In this document: in pieces, positions 17,486 to 28,362 of the stretch
Layout: each line of letters opens with the position of its first letter
Numbering within the stretch: the first letter of the stretch is position 1
Source of the DNA: an uncultured Flavobacteriaceae bacterium
GTDB lineage: Bacteria > Bacteroidota > Bacteroidia > Flavobacteriales > Flavobacteriaceae
Length of the DNA: 48,758 nt
Assembly: GCA_937923735.1 (NCBI GenBank)
Contig: CALDUJ010000069.1
Coordinates: 1-48,758 of the forward strand
Direction: 5' to 3'
Translations under genes and position numbers: made by a program
The notes under the pieces: model-generated
Seen by the model: only the letters and a program-made list of their open reading frames with translations
Databases searched by the model: none
Told to the model about the DNA's origin: nothing

Positions 17486-17494
17486 TGGCTTCGG

Positions 17495-19006
<1,512 letters not shown>

Positions 19007-19120
19007 TTATTTATTTAATGTTTTGCAAAATTTTGAAATGAAAAAACCTTCGTTTTTTCGCGCTGCAAAGATATGTTTTTTACTTTAATCTCGCATTTAT
19101 TTTTTTAAGGTTTTTACATA

Positions 19121-19151
19121 AAAAAAACGCCCTCATTGTGAAGGCGTTTTT
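19121..19151 (-). terminator. Rho-independent terminator of the TBDR/SGNH lipoprotein operon
   Basis: The minus strand reads AAAAACGCC-loop-GGCGTTTTTTT. It starts 20 nt downstream of the stop at 19172. Confidence 0.7.
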
Positions 19152-19171
19152 ATGAAGTATTTTAAACTTGA

Positions 19172-20758
19172 TTACTGCAGCGTTGCTGGGTAATTTGTTG
19201 GTAAAGTACCCGCTTCTGGAGTGGCTCCGGCAGCAATAAAGTTCGAACCAAAAGCAGCATCAATTGCTACTAAAAACTCTCTTGCCATCAAACCATAACC
19301 TCTTGCTGTTAAATGTACGCCATCAAGACTTACCAAACCACCAAATACTAAATCTGTTGTCATGGAATAATCATCGAAGGGATATCCAGTAGTAGCAGCT
19401 TGCTCTAAAACAGCTCTTAAATCTGCAACAGCGACATTAGGGTTTCCATCCGCTACTGATTGAATAGTTGCGTTGAAAGCAGCGGTAGCAGTCGCTATAG
19501 CTTCTTGTTCTTCTGGCGTTAAAACCCACTTATCGGCTAAAGGTATAGCAACACCATTAACAGTTGCTGGATTTCCAGGAACAGCTTCGGTTCCAATAAA
19601 AGAAGAACTAGGTAGAACTAACAAATCTTCAGCCGTTGCTTGTCTCATACTAACAAGTCCAGCATTGATTGCAGTTAAATCTGTTAAATCCTCATCCATT
19701 ATCACTACTGCATTATTTGTTCCTGCCGCAAAGGTTATTTTTCTACGTGCTATTTCAGCTGTAGCAATTTCTGCTGAGGTCATATCACCAGTAGGTGGGA
19801 AGAAAAATCCAAGTTGAGCTGGGTTAGCTAAAAGAAATGCTAAAGTAGCATCTAGCCCTCCATTATAAGCACCATAAGCACTAGCACTATTTAAGAACCC
19901 TGCAGTAGCAGCATCCAATGGCACTGGATTATGTGGTACAGTCGTAAAGTGAGATAAACTTGTTATATCCGGCACCGTTGTAACTACGCCTTTTGCGCCT
20001 CCTTGTGTAAGAGCTGCAACCATTCCCGAAAATGCTTGCGCAAACACATTAGGATCTGTAATATCGCTACCTCCATACGTAGCTGGGTCAAAGTTTCCAG
20101 CTTGGTCAACTCCTGTTCCACCCGATAAAGCATAGCCTAATACATCATTACCTCCTATTTCTGAAAGCGTAAAAAATGTTGGTGCCTGAGCTAAAGCATC
20201 TTGAAGTACTGTAGTATTTGGACTTGATGCCATTCTAGCAAAATATGGATTGGCAGCTCCAACAGGAACTCCTGCTAAGTTACCATAACCCGGCGCTAAT
20301 ATGTGAAAACTTTTTGCTCCAGGAACTCCCATATTATTAAAAGACCCTGATAGTGTTGCTGTCACTTCTGTCGTTGGTGCTGCTGGCAAACTTGCTGGCC
20401 CAGCCCCATTAAAAAATAATCTAGGCCCTTGTATAACATTTCCAGCGAAAAGCAAACCTCCAATATTATCATTCATCAATGGCTGTGTAAAACTTCCACC
20501 TCCTGCATTAGCGAATTGTTGCGCTAATTGGTTTGGAAATGAATTTTCTTGAGCTGCTACAAAAAGAGCATTGTCTGTAAATCCAGCAGTAAATGAAGCT
20601 CCAATAGCTACATAATTTGAGAAATCGGCAGAACCAGCTGTTAGTACAGGAAGGGCTTCTGCCTCTTCAATAGGATTTAAATCAACATCTTCAATGTCGT
20701 TACATGCCGTAAATCCTATAAGGATAGTAGACAATAGTATATATTTTATATTTTTCAT
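19172..20758 (-). CDS. SGNH/GDSL-family hydrolase lipoprotein
   Basis: 528 aa from the ATG at 20758 (MKNIKYILLSTILIGFTAC, lipobox). SGNH block I IGASFTAGF (Ser retained), block II MGVPGA, block III IGGNDV and block V DGVH are present. The start lies 10 nt after the TBDR stop. Confidence 0.8.
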   Translation of the reverse strand: MKNIKYILLSTILIGFTACNDIEDVDLNPIEEAEALPVLTAGSADFSNYVAIGASFTAGFTDNALFVAAQENSFPNQLAQQFANAGGGSFTQPLMNDNIGGLLFAGNVIQGPRLFFNGAGPASLPAAPTTEVTATLSGSFNNMGVPGAKSFHILAPGYGNLAGVPVGAANPYFARMASSPNTTVLQDALAQAPTFFTLSEIGGNDVLGYALSGGTGVDQAGNFDPATYGGSDITDPNVFAQAFSGMVAALTQGGAKGVVTTVPDITSLSHFTTVPHNPVPLDAATAGFLNSASAYGAYNGGLDATLAFLLANPAQLGFFFPPTGDMTSAEIATAEIARRKITFAAGTNNAVVIMDEDLTDLTAINAGLVSMRQATAEDLLVLPSSSFIGTEAVPGNPATVNGVAIPLADKWVLTPEEQEAIATATAAFNATIQSVADGNPNVAVADLRAVLEQAATTGYPFDDYSMTTDLVFGGLVSLDGVHLTARGYGLMAREFLVAIDAAFGSNFIAAGATPEAGTLPTNYPATLQ

Positions 20759-20768
20759 TTTAGTGATT

Positions 20769-23630
20769 TTATAAATTATTAATTGTAATAGATGCATAAT
20801 ACATAGATCCTATATTACCTGTTCCAAAGGCAGTAAAGTATTCTTTTCCACCTAGGTTTGTTCCACCTACTTTAATAACTGATTTTAAACTCGGTATGGT
20901 ATAATTAATTTGTGCATCTACATTATGAAACTCTGGTACTACACCATTTCCAAAAGTTGCTTCCCAATAATAATCATCACTAAATCTGTAAGCGACATTA
21001 AATCCAAAGTTTTTAAATAATTCTGTATTACCAAAAGATGCTTTGAATTTATGCTCTGGTGTATTAAAATTAAGAGTTAAGTCTGGGTTTGATTCTCTGT
21101 CAAAGTCCAGTTTAGTGTAAGTGTAACTTCCTCCAAGATCAAAGTCTCCGAACACTTTCATATTTAATCCTAGAGAAGCTCCATAAGAATTAACATCTGC
21201 ATCTGAGTTCGTGTAAGTGCTATATGCCTGACTATCGCCATTTGCAAGGGCAGCAACAGATAATGAGCCATCTCCAACCGTTCCGTAGTAAGGAGATATT
21301 ACTACCTCTTGAGAGATAAAGTCTTTGTAGCTGTTATAATAAGCACTAAAATCTACAACTAACCTATCGATTTTTCCTCTATATCCTACTTCTGCTGAAG
21401 ACACTTGTTCTGGTTTTACAAGGCTTGGGTTAGCAACTTCTAAAAGAGCAGGATTTCCAGCTGCAGCAAAAGCTTGAACAGAAGAAAGAGAATAGGAATT
21501 AGTATATGCAACTCCACCTGTTTGAGTAATCGTTGCAGGCTGACCTAAACCAATCTGACCGTTACCACTAACATTAAAAGTTCTTACATATCTATCCAAA
21601 TTATCAGGAGCAGCACCTACTAATATAGCGCGACCAGCATCTAATCCAATAAATAAATCCTGTGTTGTCGGATTTCTGAAACCTGTTTGAACTGATGCTC
21701 TAATATTATGATTTCTGTTAACTGTTAAACCTGCAGATATTCTTGGCGATACAAAACCGTCAAAAAATTCTGATTTATCGTAACGCGCAGAACCTGTTAA
21801 TTTTAGGCCCATATCATCACTCAACTCAAAATCTTTTTGGATTTGGGTATATACCCCATATTCAGAATAATCAATTGGTCCATCTATATCAGTGTAAATG
21901 GTTCCTGAAGAATTCAAACTGTATTGTCTATAAGAACCACCTACTTGTATGTCAGCAAAATCTACTAAGTGGCTAAAATTATAATTTCCATCTGCATGAT
22001 AATATTTAGATGCATCTTGAAATTTAGACCCCGTAGATAAATCAGGATCATTTATACTTCTATTAAATGCAGCTTCAAACCCTGGCGAACCAGGTAAATA
22101 ACGAACAACTCCATCAGTTTCAATTGGATTTCCATTAGTGTCTAAAATAGGTAATCCAGCAGCATTAACATCATAAACCTCTTCTGCAACGTTCCTAGCA
22201 TGAGCATGTGCTTGCGCATCTGTTGCCCCTCCTAGTGTAGCCAAAGCATAGGTTCCAGCGTATTCACCAAACCAAGTATTATCATCTTTCCATGCTCTAT
22301 TGATATTAATTCCAGTAAAAACCATGTCGTAGGAATCTCCTGCTTTATCAGCAACTACATAACCTCTTAAGAAGAAATTATCGTTTCTAATTTCTAATTT
22401 ATGTTGTTGTTGAAAGAAGCCATCAATATTGTATCTGTTGGTACCTTGGTAAATTGTAGAACCGGTACCAACTTTCCCGACATAAGAAAGCTCTAGACTA
22501 TTGTCTTCTATTGGACGAAAATACAATCCCCAATCGGCCTTGATACTTTCAGCATTATAGTCTGTAAGATCGCCTTCATTATATCCTGTTCTACTAACTG
22601 CTACCGAAGGCACTAATGCACTTGCTCCGGCTGGTAAAAGACCCAAGCCTTCTAGCGTTACAGCAACGCCATTTAAATCTGTAGAAACTTCATCTCCATA
22701 CACATTTAAACCGTTATAGTTTAAATTATTCGCTCTGGTTCCTCCTGGAGTATCAGTATCCGCTACACTGTTTGCTGCCCAGTCGGTTCCTTTTAGCCAA
22801 CCAAAATTAACTTTAGCTGCGAATTTGTCATTGAATTTATGTGCCATTCGAACGCCTACATCAAAATAACTGTTGTCACCAGCCGCTTCTTGCGAAGTAA
22901 CCCCTTGTTTATATGAAGCACTGATGCCTTGATGATCAAATGGGTTTTTACTTCGCATGAATAAAATACCATTAAAAGCATTTGCTCCATATAGTGCTGA
23001 AGACGCACCAGGCAAAAGCTCTACACTTTGAACATCAGTTTCTATCATACCCACCAAATTCCCTATCGGGAAATTTAATGCTGGCGTTGAATTATCCATC
23101 CCATCTACTAGTTGCATGAAACGTGTGTTCGCAAATGTTGCAAAACCACGTGTGTTTATGGATTTAAATGTTAAACTGTTTGTATTGACATCTACACCTT
23201 TCAAGTCTTCAAGCCCGCCATAGAAATCTGCAGACGCTGTGTTTTTTATTTCCTTAAGACCAAATCTTTCAATGGTCACTGGAGATTCAAAAACGCGTTC
23301 AGGTGTTCTGGAAGCCGAAATAACTATTTCGTCTAATTCCGTTCCTTCCTTTAATGTAATCGTAATTGACTGGCTACTTGAAGTAACTTGCACATCAGCT
23401 GATTCGTAACCTACACTACTTGCAGCGAGCGTAAATGGCAGAGGCTGATCTGCTGTTAAGGTAAACCCGCCATCGAAGTCGGTAATTGTACCTGTAGAAG
23501 TACCTGAAACTATAACATTAGCTCCAGGAATAGGCACGCCATTATCGTCCACGACTGTACCTGTGACCGTTGTTTGAGCAAAAATTAGGGAACTCGCAAA
23601 CAACATGAAAATTGAAAGGATTGTTTTCAT
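20769..23630 (-). CDS. TonB-dependent receptor with N-terminal carboxypeptidase-regulatory-like domain
   Basis: 953 aa. Signal peptide, TVTGTVVDDNGVPIPGANVIV...TDFDGGF (CarboxypepD_reg), plug domain (IERFGLKEI, VNTRGF, FMQLVDGMDN) and a long beta-barrel region. Confidence 0.9.
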   Translation of the reverse strand: MKTILSIFMLFASSLIFAQTTVTGTVVDDNGVPIPGANVIVSGTSTGTITDFDGGFTLTADQPLPFTLAASSVGYESADVQVTSSSQSITITLKEGTELDEIVISASRTPERVFESPVTIERFGLKEIKNTASADFYGGLEDLKGVDVNTNSLTFKSINTRGFATFANTRFMQLVDGMDNSTPALNFPIGNLVGMIETDVQSVELLPGASSALYGANAFNGILFMRSKNPFDHQGISASYKQGVTSQEAAGDNSYFDVGVRMAHKFNDKFAAKVNFGWLKGTDWAANSVADTDTPGGTRANNLNYNGLNVYGDEVSTDLNGVAVTLEGLGLLPAGASALVPSVAVSRTGYNEGDLTDYNAESIKADWGLYFRPIEDNSLELSYVGKVGTGSTIYQGTNRYNIDGFFQQQHKLEIRNDNFFLRGYVVADKAGDSYDMVFTGININRAWKDDNTWFGEYAGTYALATLGGATDAQAHAHARNVAEEVYDVNAAGLPILDTNGNPIETDGVVRYLPGSPGFEAAFNRSINDPDLSTGSKFQDASKYYHADGNYNFSHLVDFADIQVGGSYRQYSLNSSGTIYTDIDGPIDYSEYGVYTQIQKDFELSDDMGLKLTGSARYDKSEFFDGFVSPRISAGLTVNRNHNIRASVQTGFRNPTTQDLFIGLDAGRAILVGAAPDNLDRYVRTFNVSGNGQIGLGQPATITQTGGVAYTNSYSLSSVQAFAAAGNPALLEVANPSLVKPEQVSSAEVGYRGKIDRLVVDFSAYYNSYKDFISQEVVISPYYGTVGDGSLSVAALANGDSQAYSTYTNSDADVNSYGASLGLNMKVFGDFDLGGSYTYTKLDFDRESNPDLTLNFNTPEHKFKASFGNTELFKNFGFNVAYRFSDDYYWEATFGNGVVPEFHNVDAQINYTIPSLKSVIKVGGTNLGGKEYFTAFGTGNIGSMYYASITINNL

Positions 23631-23730
23631 CTTTTAGATTTAGTATTAATTGTTTCGAGCAATATACGTTTTTTCAATAAAATCTTTAAAAAATCCTACA
23701 ATAAATTATGCATGCATAGTATGTTTTAAC

Positions 23731-23764
23731 AAAAAAAGCTGCAAAATCAATTTGCAGCTTTTTC
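23731..23764 (-). terminator. Rho-independent terminator downstream of glmS
   Basis: AGCTGCAAA-atcaa-TTTGCAGCT forms a 9-bp stem at 23737-23759, with T-runs on both sides. It begins 33 nt after the glmS stop. Confidence 0.75.
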
Positions 23765-23791
23765 TAGTATCTAAATATTTATAATAGTCTA

Positions 23792-25639
23792 CTATTCTAC
23801 GGTAACTGATTTAGCCAAATTTCTTGGCTGATCTACGTTCTTCTCCAACATTACTGCTATATGATATGAGAGTAATTGAAGTGGTATGGTGGTTAATAGT
23901 GGCGTTAAGGCTTCTATAGTCTCTGGAACTTCGATAACATGATCAGCTAATTCTTTAACACTAGTATCTCCTTCGGTTACAATTCCTATGATTTTTCCCT
24001 TACGAGATTTTATTTCTTGAATGTTACTAACAACCTTTTCGTAGTGTCCTTTTTTAGTCGCAATTACAACAACAGGCATTTGCTCATCGATTAACGCAAT
24101 AGGACCATGTTTCATTTCTGCTGCGGGATAACCTTCAGCGTGAATATATGAGATTTCCTTTAGTTTTAAAGCACCTTCTAAAGCAACTGGAAAATTAAAT
24201 CCTCTTCCTAAATACAGACAATTACTTGCATTTTTATAAATATTCGCAATCATCTTAACATGGTTATCTGAACTTAATGCTTTTTCAACTTTTGACGGAA
24301 TGCTCTCTAGTTCGAATAAGTATTTTCTATAATCTGAGCTAGAAATTGTTCCTTTTGCTCTGGCTAATCTGAGCGCCATTAAAGTCAATACTGTTATCTG
24401 AGTGGTAAACGCTTTGGTAGAAGCAACACCAATTTCCGGTCCTGCATGGGTGTATGCGCCTGCATCCGTTTCTCTAGCAATAGAGGATCCTACTACGTTA
24501 CATACGCCAAATACAAAGGCTCCTTTAGATTTTGCCATCTTTATAGCTGCCAGAGTATCCGCAGTTTCTCCAGATTGAGAAATTGCGATTAAAACATCAT
24601 TCTCAGTAATTACTGGATTTCTATATCTAAACTCTGAAGCATATTCAACCTCAACCGGTATCCTTGCTAAATCCTCAAAAATATACTCAGCAACTAAACC
24701 TGCATGCCAAGAGGTACCACAGGCAACAACTATGATGCGATTGGCATTTAAGAATTTTTTCATGTTGTCTTCGACACCTGCCATTTTTATAATAGCTTCA
24801 TCAGTAAGCAATCTTCCTCTAAAAGTATCCATAATAGCTCTAGGCTGCTCGTAGATTTCCTTTAACATGAAATGCTCATAACCACCTTTTTCAATCTCTT
24901 CTAGATTTAATTGCAATTCTTGAACATAAGGCGCTACTAAGGAATCATCATGGATTTTTCTGATTTTTACTCCCTTGTGCCTACGTACTATCGCCATTTC
25001 TTCATCTTCAAGATAGATGGCATTATTGGTGAATTCTATAAAAGGCGATGCATCACTGGCGATAAAGAATTCATCTTCTCCAATCCCAATGGCCAGAGGG
25101 CTTCCTAATCGTGCTACAACGATTTCATCTGGTTTATTTTTATCGAATACTGCAATTGCATAAGCTCCAATTACTTGATTTAATGCTATTTGAACCGCTT
25201 TACCAAGTTTAACGTTCTCCTTATTCTTAACATCTTCAATAAGATTAATCAGAACCTCTGTATCTGTGTCTGATTTAAAGGTGTATCCTCTTTTGGTAAG
25301 CTCTTTTTTTAAGGCCTCATAATTTTCAATAATTCCATTGTGAATTATTACTAACTCTCCAGAATTAGAATAATGAGGGTGAGAATTTACATCATTAGGA
25401 ACTCCATGGGTAGCCCAGCGTGTATGACCTATGCCGAGACTTCCGTTTGTGGAAATTTCACTTTCCACTCGCACTTCTAAATCGGCAACTTTTCCTTTGG
25501 TTTTAGATAATTTAATGTCATTGCCATCGTATAATGCGATTCCGGCGCTGTCGTAACCCCTGTACTCTAGTCTTTTAAGACCTTTAACAATAATAGGGTA
25601 TGCTTCTCTATGCCCTAAGTATCCAACTATTCCACACAT
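23792..25639 (-). CDS. glmS: Glutamine--fructose-6-phosphate aminotransferase (isomerizing)
   Basis: 615 aa. MCGIVGY N-terminal nucleophile Cys, two SIS domains and a C-terminal ...NLAKSVTVE. Confidence 0.98.
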   Translation of the reverse strand: MCGIVGYLGHREAYPIIVKGLKRLEYRGYDSAGIALYDGNDIKLSKTKGKVADLEVRVESEISTNGSLGIGHTRWATHGVPNDVNSHPHYSNSGELVIIHNGIIENYEALKKELTKRGYTFKSDTDTEVLINLIEDVKNKENVKLGKAVQIALNQVIGAYAIAVFDKNKPDEIVVARLGSPLAIGIGEDEFFIASDASPFIEFTNNAIYLEDEEMAIVRRHKGVKIRKIHDDSLVAPYVQELQLNLEEIEKGGYEHFMLKEIYEQPRAIMDTFRGRLLTDEAIIKMAGVEDNMKKFLNANRIIVVACGTSWHAGLVAEYIFEDLARIPVEVEYASEFRYRNPVITENDVLIAISQSGETADTLAAIKMAKSKGAFVFGVCNVVGSSIARETDAGAYTHAGPEIGVASTKAFTTQITVLTLMALRLARAKGTISSSDYRKYLFELESIPSKVEKALSSDNHVKMIANIYKNASNCLYLGRGFNFPVALEGALKLKEISYIHAEGYPAAEMKHGPIALIDEQMPVVVIATKKGHYEKVVSNIQEIKSRKGKIIGIVTEGDTSVKELADHVIEVPETIEALTPLLTTIPLQLLSYHIAVMLEKNVDQPRNLAKSVTVE

Positions 25640-25680
25640 ATGTATTAACTATTTAAGATGTTAAAATAATAAAATCGCTA

Positions 25681-27420
25681 TTAATCATCTAAACAATTTC
25701 CGTCAACATCAATATTTTCGCAACAATCCCCATCATCATTTTTTACCACACACGGCTCTGTATAAAAAATCTCCAACTCTACTTTTTTATCTTCATCCGC
25801 TGTATTGCTACCAAACAATACAGTTCCTCTGGGGGTAATTAATGAACTTAATGGTAATTTGTCTAATATATTTGATTCTTCTGTAAGAATATCGTATTGA
25901 TTATTCCCGTTTTCCAGATTTATATTTCCTGCTACTGCTAATCCAAATTTTACATTAGTTGAATCTCTTAATAACAGGTTATTAATATGCTCTGTAACTC
26001 TAATTTTATACTTAATTCCCTTACCAGGTTCATCGTCTATAGAATTATCCTCTCTTCTTAATCTACCCGAGTGTATTATTACAGAGGAAGCAGGATTATT
26101 GTTTCCAGTTGGGTCTAAGAAATAATCTATCAAGGCCGATTTATTATCAAGGTCGTAAATATATAGCCTCTCTGGTTCGTCTGCCATGTAAGGACTTACC
26201 GCATTTTGATCTACGTAAAAAACCAAACTAGCTTCATTAACTAAGCGTTTGGATTTCACAAAATTTCCATCAGAATCTGTTTCTACAAATGTTTCTTTAA
26301 AGGCCATAAATTCTGCAGACTCTCCATTTTCATCCCCATTAAAAAGGTTAATTTTTGCTGTCGATCCTTCAGCGCCTTTTAAGTAAAGTTTTTCATCACC
26401 ATTTACAGCATCTCCATCAACTAAAGGTATTGTGTAATTATTATCGAACAAATTAAATCGATTTCCTGAAAACCTGATAGTATAAGATGCAGTTACTCTA
26501 CTCGCAACACCATTAGCATCTTCAATACCATCTCTTGTATAATATATTGTGATGTTTGCATTGGTTGAAGTGAAATTCAATAACATCATAGTGCCTTCGT
26601 CTCCAGTAATTGGTTCAGCCTTTATGTACATCCCTCTAAAGTAATCTTGAAAATTTGGCTGATTACTTAACTCTATTCCTCCTTGCTTGTCTATAATAGC
26701 TTGTCTCCAATAAGTAGTATCTAGAGGAACTCTAAAAGCTGGAACATCTAATCTTAAGGTGTCTTGTGTTCCATCTTCATCAGGTTCATCTAAAATCACA
26801 ATTGGATCAGAGCTAGGTTTAAATCCGTCAGGAAAATCCTCATTTGGAAACTCGAACAAAACATCTCCTTCAACTTCTGCTAAGTTTATAAAACCAGTTT
26901 CTGAAGTAGCTCCATTAGAGTAGTATTGCTGACTCTCTTCGAACTCTGTTTCAGGGTCAAAATTTCTTAAAAAGTAGTTATTTCTATAACCAGTAACTTT
27001 CATGTAAGAAGAACCAAAAATAGAATCTAACTCATATTGGAAGTTACCATTATCATCGAGTTCAGCCAACTGTGTATTAAAATAAGGAATTGTCATCACC
27101 ACAGAATCCATGGCGATATTTTCTCCAAAAGTTGGATCCGCTGTTTGCAACACCATTTGAGAAATAAAACTAGCATTTGTAGTACCATAAACTGGGTCAT
27201 TATATATCCCTAAGTAATTTAGAGGTAATGCATCAGTTCTTACAGGATCCACTTTTTTATTAAACGCAATAACGGGATATTTTACACTATCTGTTTTAAA
27301 ATTGGTACCACCAATAACCTCAGTACCAATATTAGAGAAATCTTTTTCGCAAGAAACAGAAGCGATAATTATAAGTAGCAAAACTGCTAGATTTCTTAGG
27401 GCTGTATTCATCTTTTTCAT
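25681..27420 (-). CDS. DUF4270-like lipoprotein
   Basis: 579 aa. Signal peptide and lipobox (LLLIIIASVSC). The position between the GT5-like gene and glmS matches the synteny I recall for DUF4270 in Bacteroidota. It has a Cys/Asp-rich C-terminal tail. Confidence 0.65.
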   Translation of the reverse strand: MKKMNTALRNLAVLLLIIIASVSCEKDFSNIGTEVIGGTNFKTDSVKYPVIAFNKKVDPVRTDALPLNYLGIYNDPVYGTTNASFISQMVLQTADPTFGENIAMDSVVMTIPYFNTQLAELDDNGNFQYELDSIFGSSYMKVTGYRNNYFLRNFDPETEFEESQQYYSNGATSETGFINLAEVEGDVLFEFPNEDFPDGFKPSSDPIVILDEPDEDGTQDTLRLDVPAFRVPLDTTYWRQAIIDKQGGIELSNQPNFQDYFRGMYIKAEPITGDEGTMMLLNFTSTNANITIYYTRDGIEDANGVASRVTASYTIRFSGNRFNLFDNNYTIPLVDGDAVNGDEKLYLKGAEGSTAKINLFNGDENGESAEFMAFKETFVETDSDGNFVKSKRLVNEASLVFYVDQNAVSPYMADEPERLYIYDLDNKSALIDYFLDPTGNNNPASSVIIHSGRLRREDNSIDDEPGKGIKYKIRVTEHINNLLLRDSTNVKFGLAVAGNINLENGNNQYDILTEESNILDKLPLSSLITPRGTVLFGSNTADEDKKVELEIFYTEPCVVKNDDGDCCENIDVDGNCLDD

Positions 27421-27443
27421 TAATTCTTCTTTTAAACCTTTAA

Positions 27444-28253
27444 TTAGCTTAAAACGCTGTTGTTATAGAATTCAGTATATGGTTCAGCAAACTCTTCTGG
27501 TGTTTTGTAATCTAGCACTGGTTTTCCAGACACTTTTAAATGTTCTTTTATTTCTTGAGGTAATTCTTGAGAACCTTCAATGATAGCATCTGAATGATTT
27601 ATTGCAACCTTCATTATATTGTTATAAGATGGATCTTTAAGTACATTGATTGTATCTTCATCAATGTTATCGAACTTAATCTTATCAAACATTCCTTTGT
27701 TTAATGACCCGTCAAAGCTTTGTTCATAAACCGAAGTCACAACTTTACTATCTGAGAATAAAGGCTCGTCTTTATAATACTCTTTTAAGTAGAGTGGTAA
27801 TAAAGAAGCCAACCAACCATGAACATGTATGATGTCTGGTCCCCAATTTAATTTCTTCACAGTTTCTATTACGCCTTTGGCAAAGAATATAGCACGTTCA
27901 TCATTGTCAGGAAATAGTTTACCGTCTTCGTCTGTTAATGTTGCTTTACGCTTAAAATAATCTTCGTTATCTATAAAGTAAACCTGGATTCTTTCTTTGG
28001 GTATTGAAGCTACCTTTATAATAAGGGGCATATCCAAGTCGTTTATCACCAAATTTATTCCTGAAAGCCTTATCACTTCGTGTAGTTGATGTCTTCTTTC
28101 ATTTATATTTCCATAACGTGGCATGAAAATTCTAATTTGTCCTCCCTGCTGATTTACCATCCTAGGAACCTCGAAAGACATTGAAGATATCTCGGTTTCT
28201 GGCAAATAAGGCACTACTTCTGATGAGACATATAATATTCTCTTATCCTTCAT
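27444..28253 (-). CDS. Short glycogen/starch-synthase-like protein (GT5 N-terminal half only)
   Basis: 269 aa from the ATG at 28253 (MKDKRILYVSSEVVPYLPE...). It resembles the GlgA N-terminal domain (HVHGWLASL) but has only about half the length of GlgA. Confidence 0.75.
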   Translation of the reverse strand: MKDKRILYVSSEVVPYLPETEISSMSFEVPRMVNQQGGQIRIFMPRYGNINERRHQLHEVIRLSGINLVINDLDMPLIIKVASIPKERIQVYFIDNEDYFKRKATLTDEDGKLFPDNDERAIFFAKGVIETVKKLNWGPDIIHVHGWLASLLPLYLKEYYKDEPLFSDSKVVTSVYEQSFDGSLNKGMFDKIKFDNIDEDTINVLKDPSYNNIMKVAINHSDAIIEGSQELPQEIKEHLKVSGKPVLDYKTPEEFAEPYTEFYNNSVLS

Positions 28254-28292
28254 AAAATTAGCTTCTGTTGAAAATTCAAAATAAAAAACACG

Positions 28293-28300
28293 CAAAAGTA
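28293..28300 (-). promoter_or_regulatory. Candidate -7 box TACTTTTG for the GT5-like/DUF4270/glmS transcription unit
   Basis: Exact TAnnTTTG on the minus strand, 40 nt upstream of the ATG at 28253. Confidence 0.4.
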
Positions 28301-28331
28301 CAAAAATTTATGCAGATTGCCTTTAATATAT

Positions 28332-28339
28332 TAAGTTTG
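28332..28339 (+). promoter_or_regulatory. Candidate -7 box TAAGTTTG for panCD
   Basis: Exact TAnnTTTG, ending 23 nt upstream of the GTG start at 28363. Confidence 0.4.
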
Positions 28340-28362
28340 CACGCTGTTAATTTTTTACTAAA

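Noticed and set aside
19473-19817. 114-aa plus-strand ORF inside the SGNH lipoprotein gene
   Set aside because: The Ala/Gly-rich coding region on the minus strand naturally yields long antisense open frames. There is no start context or motif support.
25640-25680. glmS ribozyme upstream of glmS
   Set aside because: Only 41 nt separate glmS from the upstream gene, which is far too short for the ribozyme. As far as I know it is also not a feature of this phylum.
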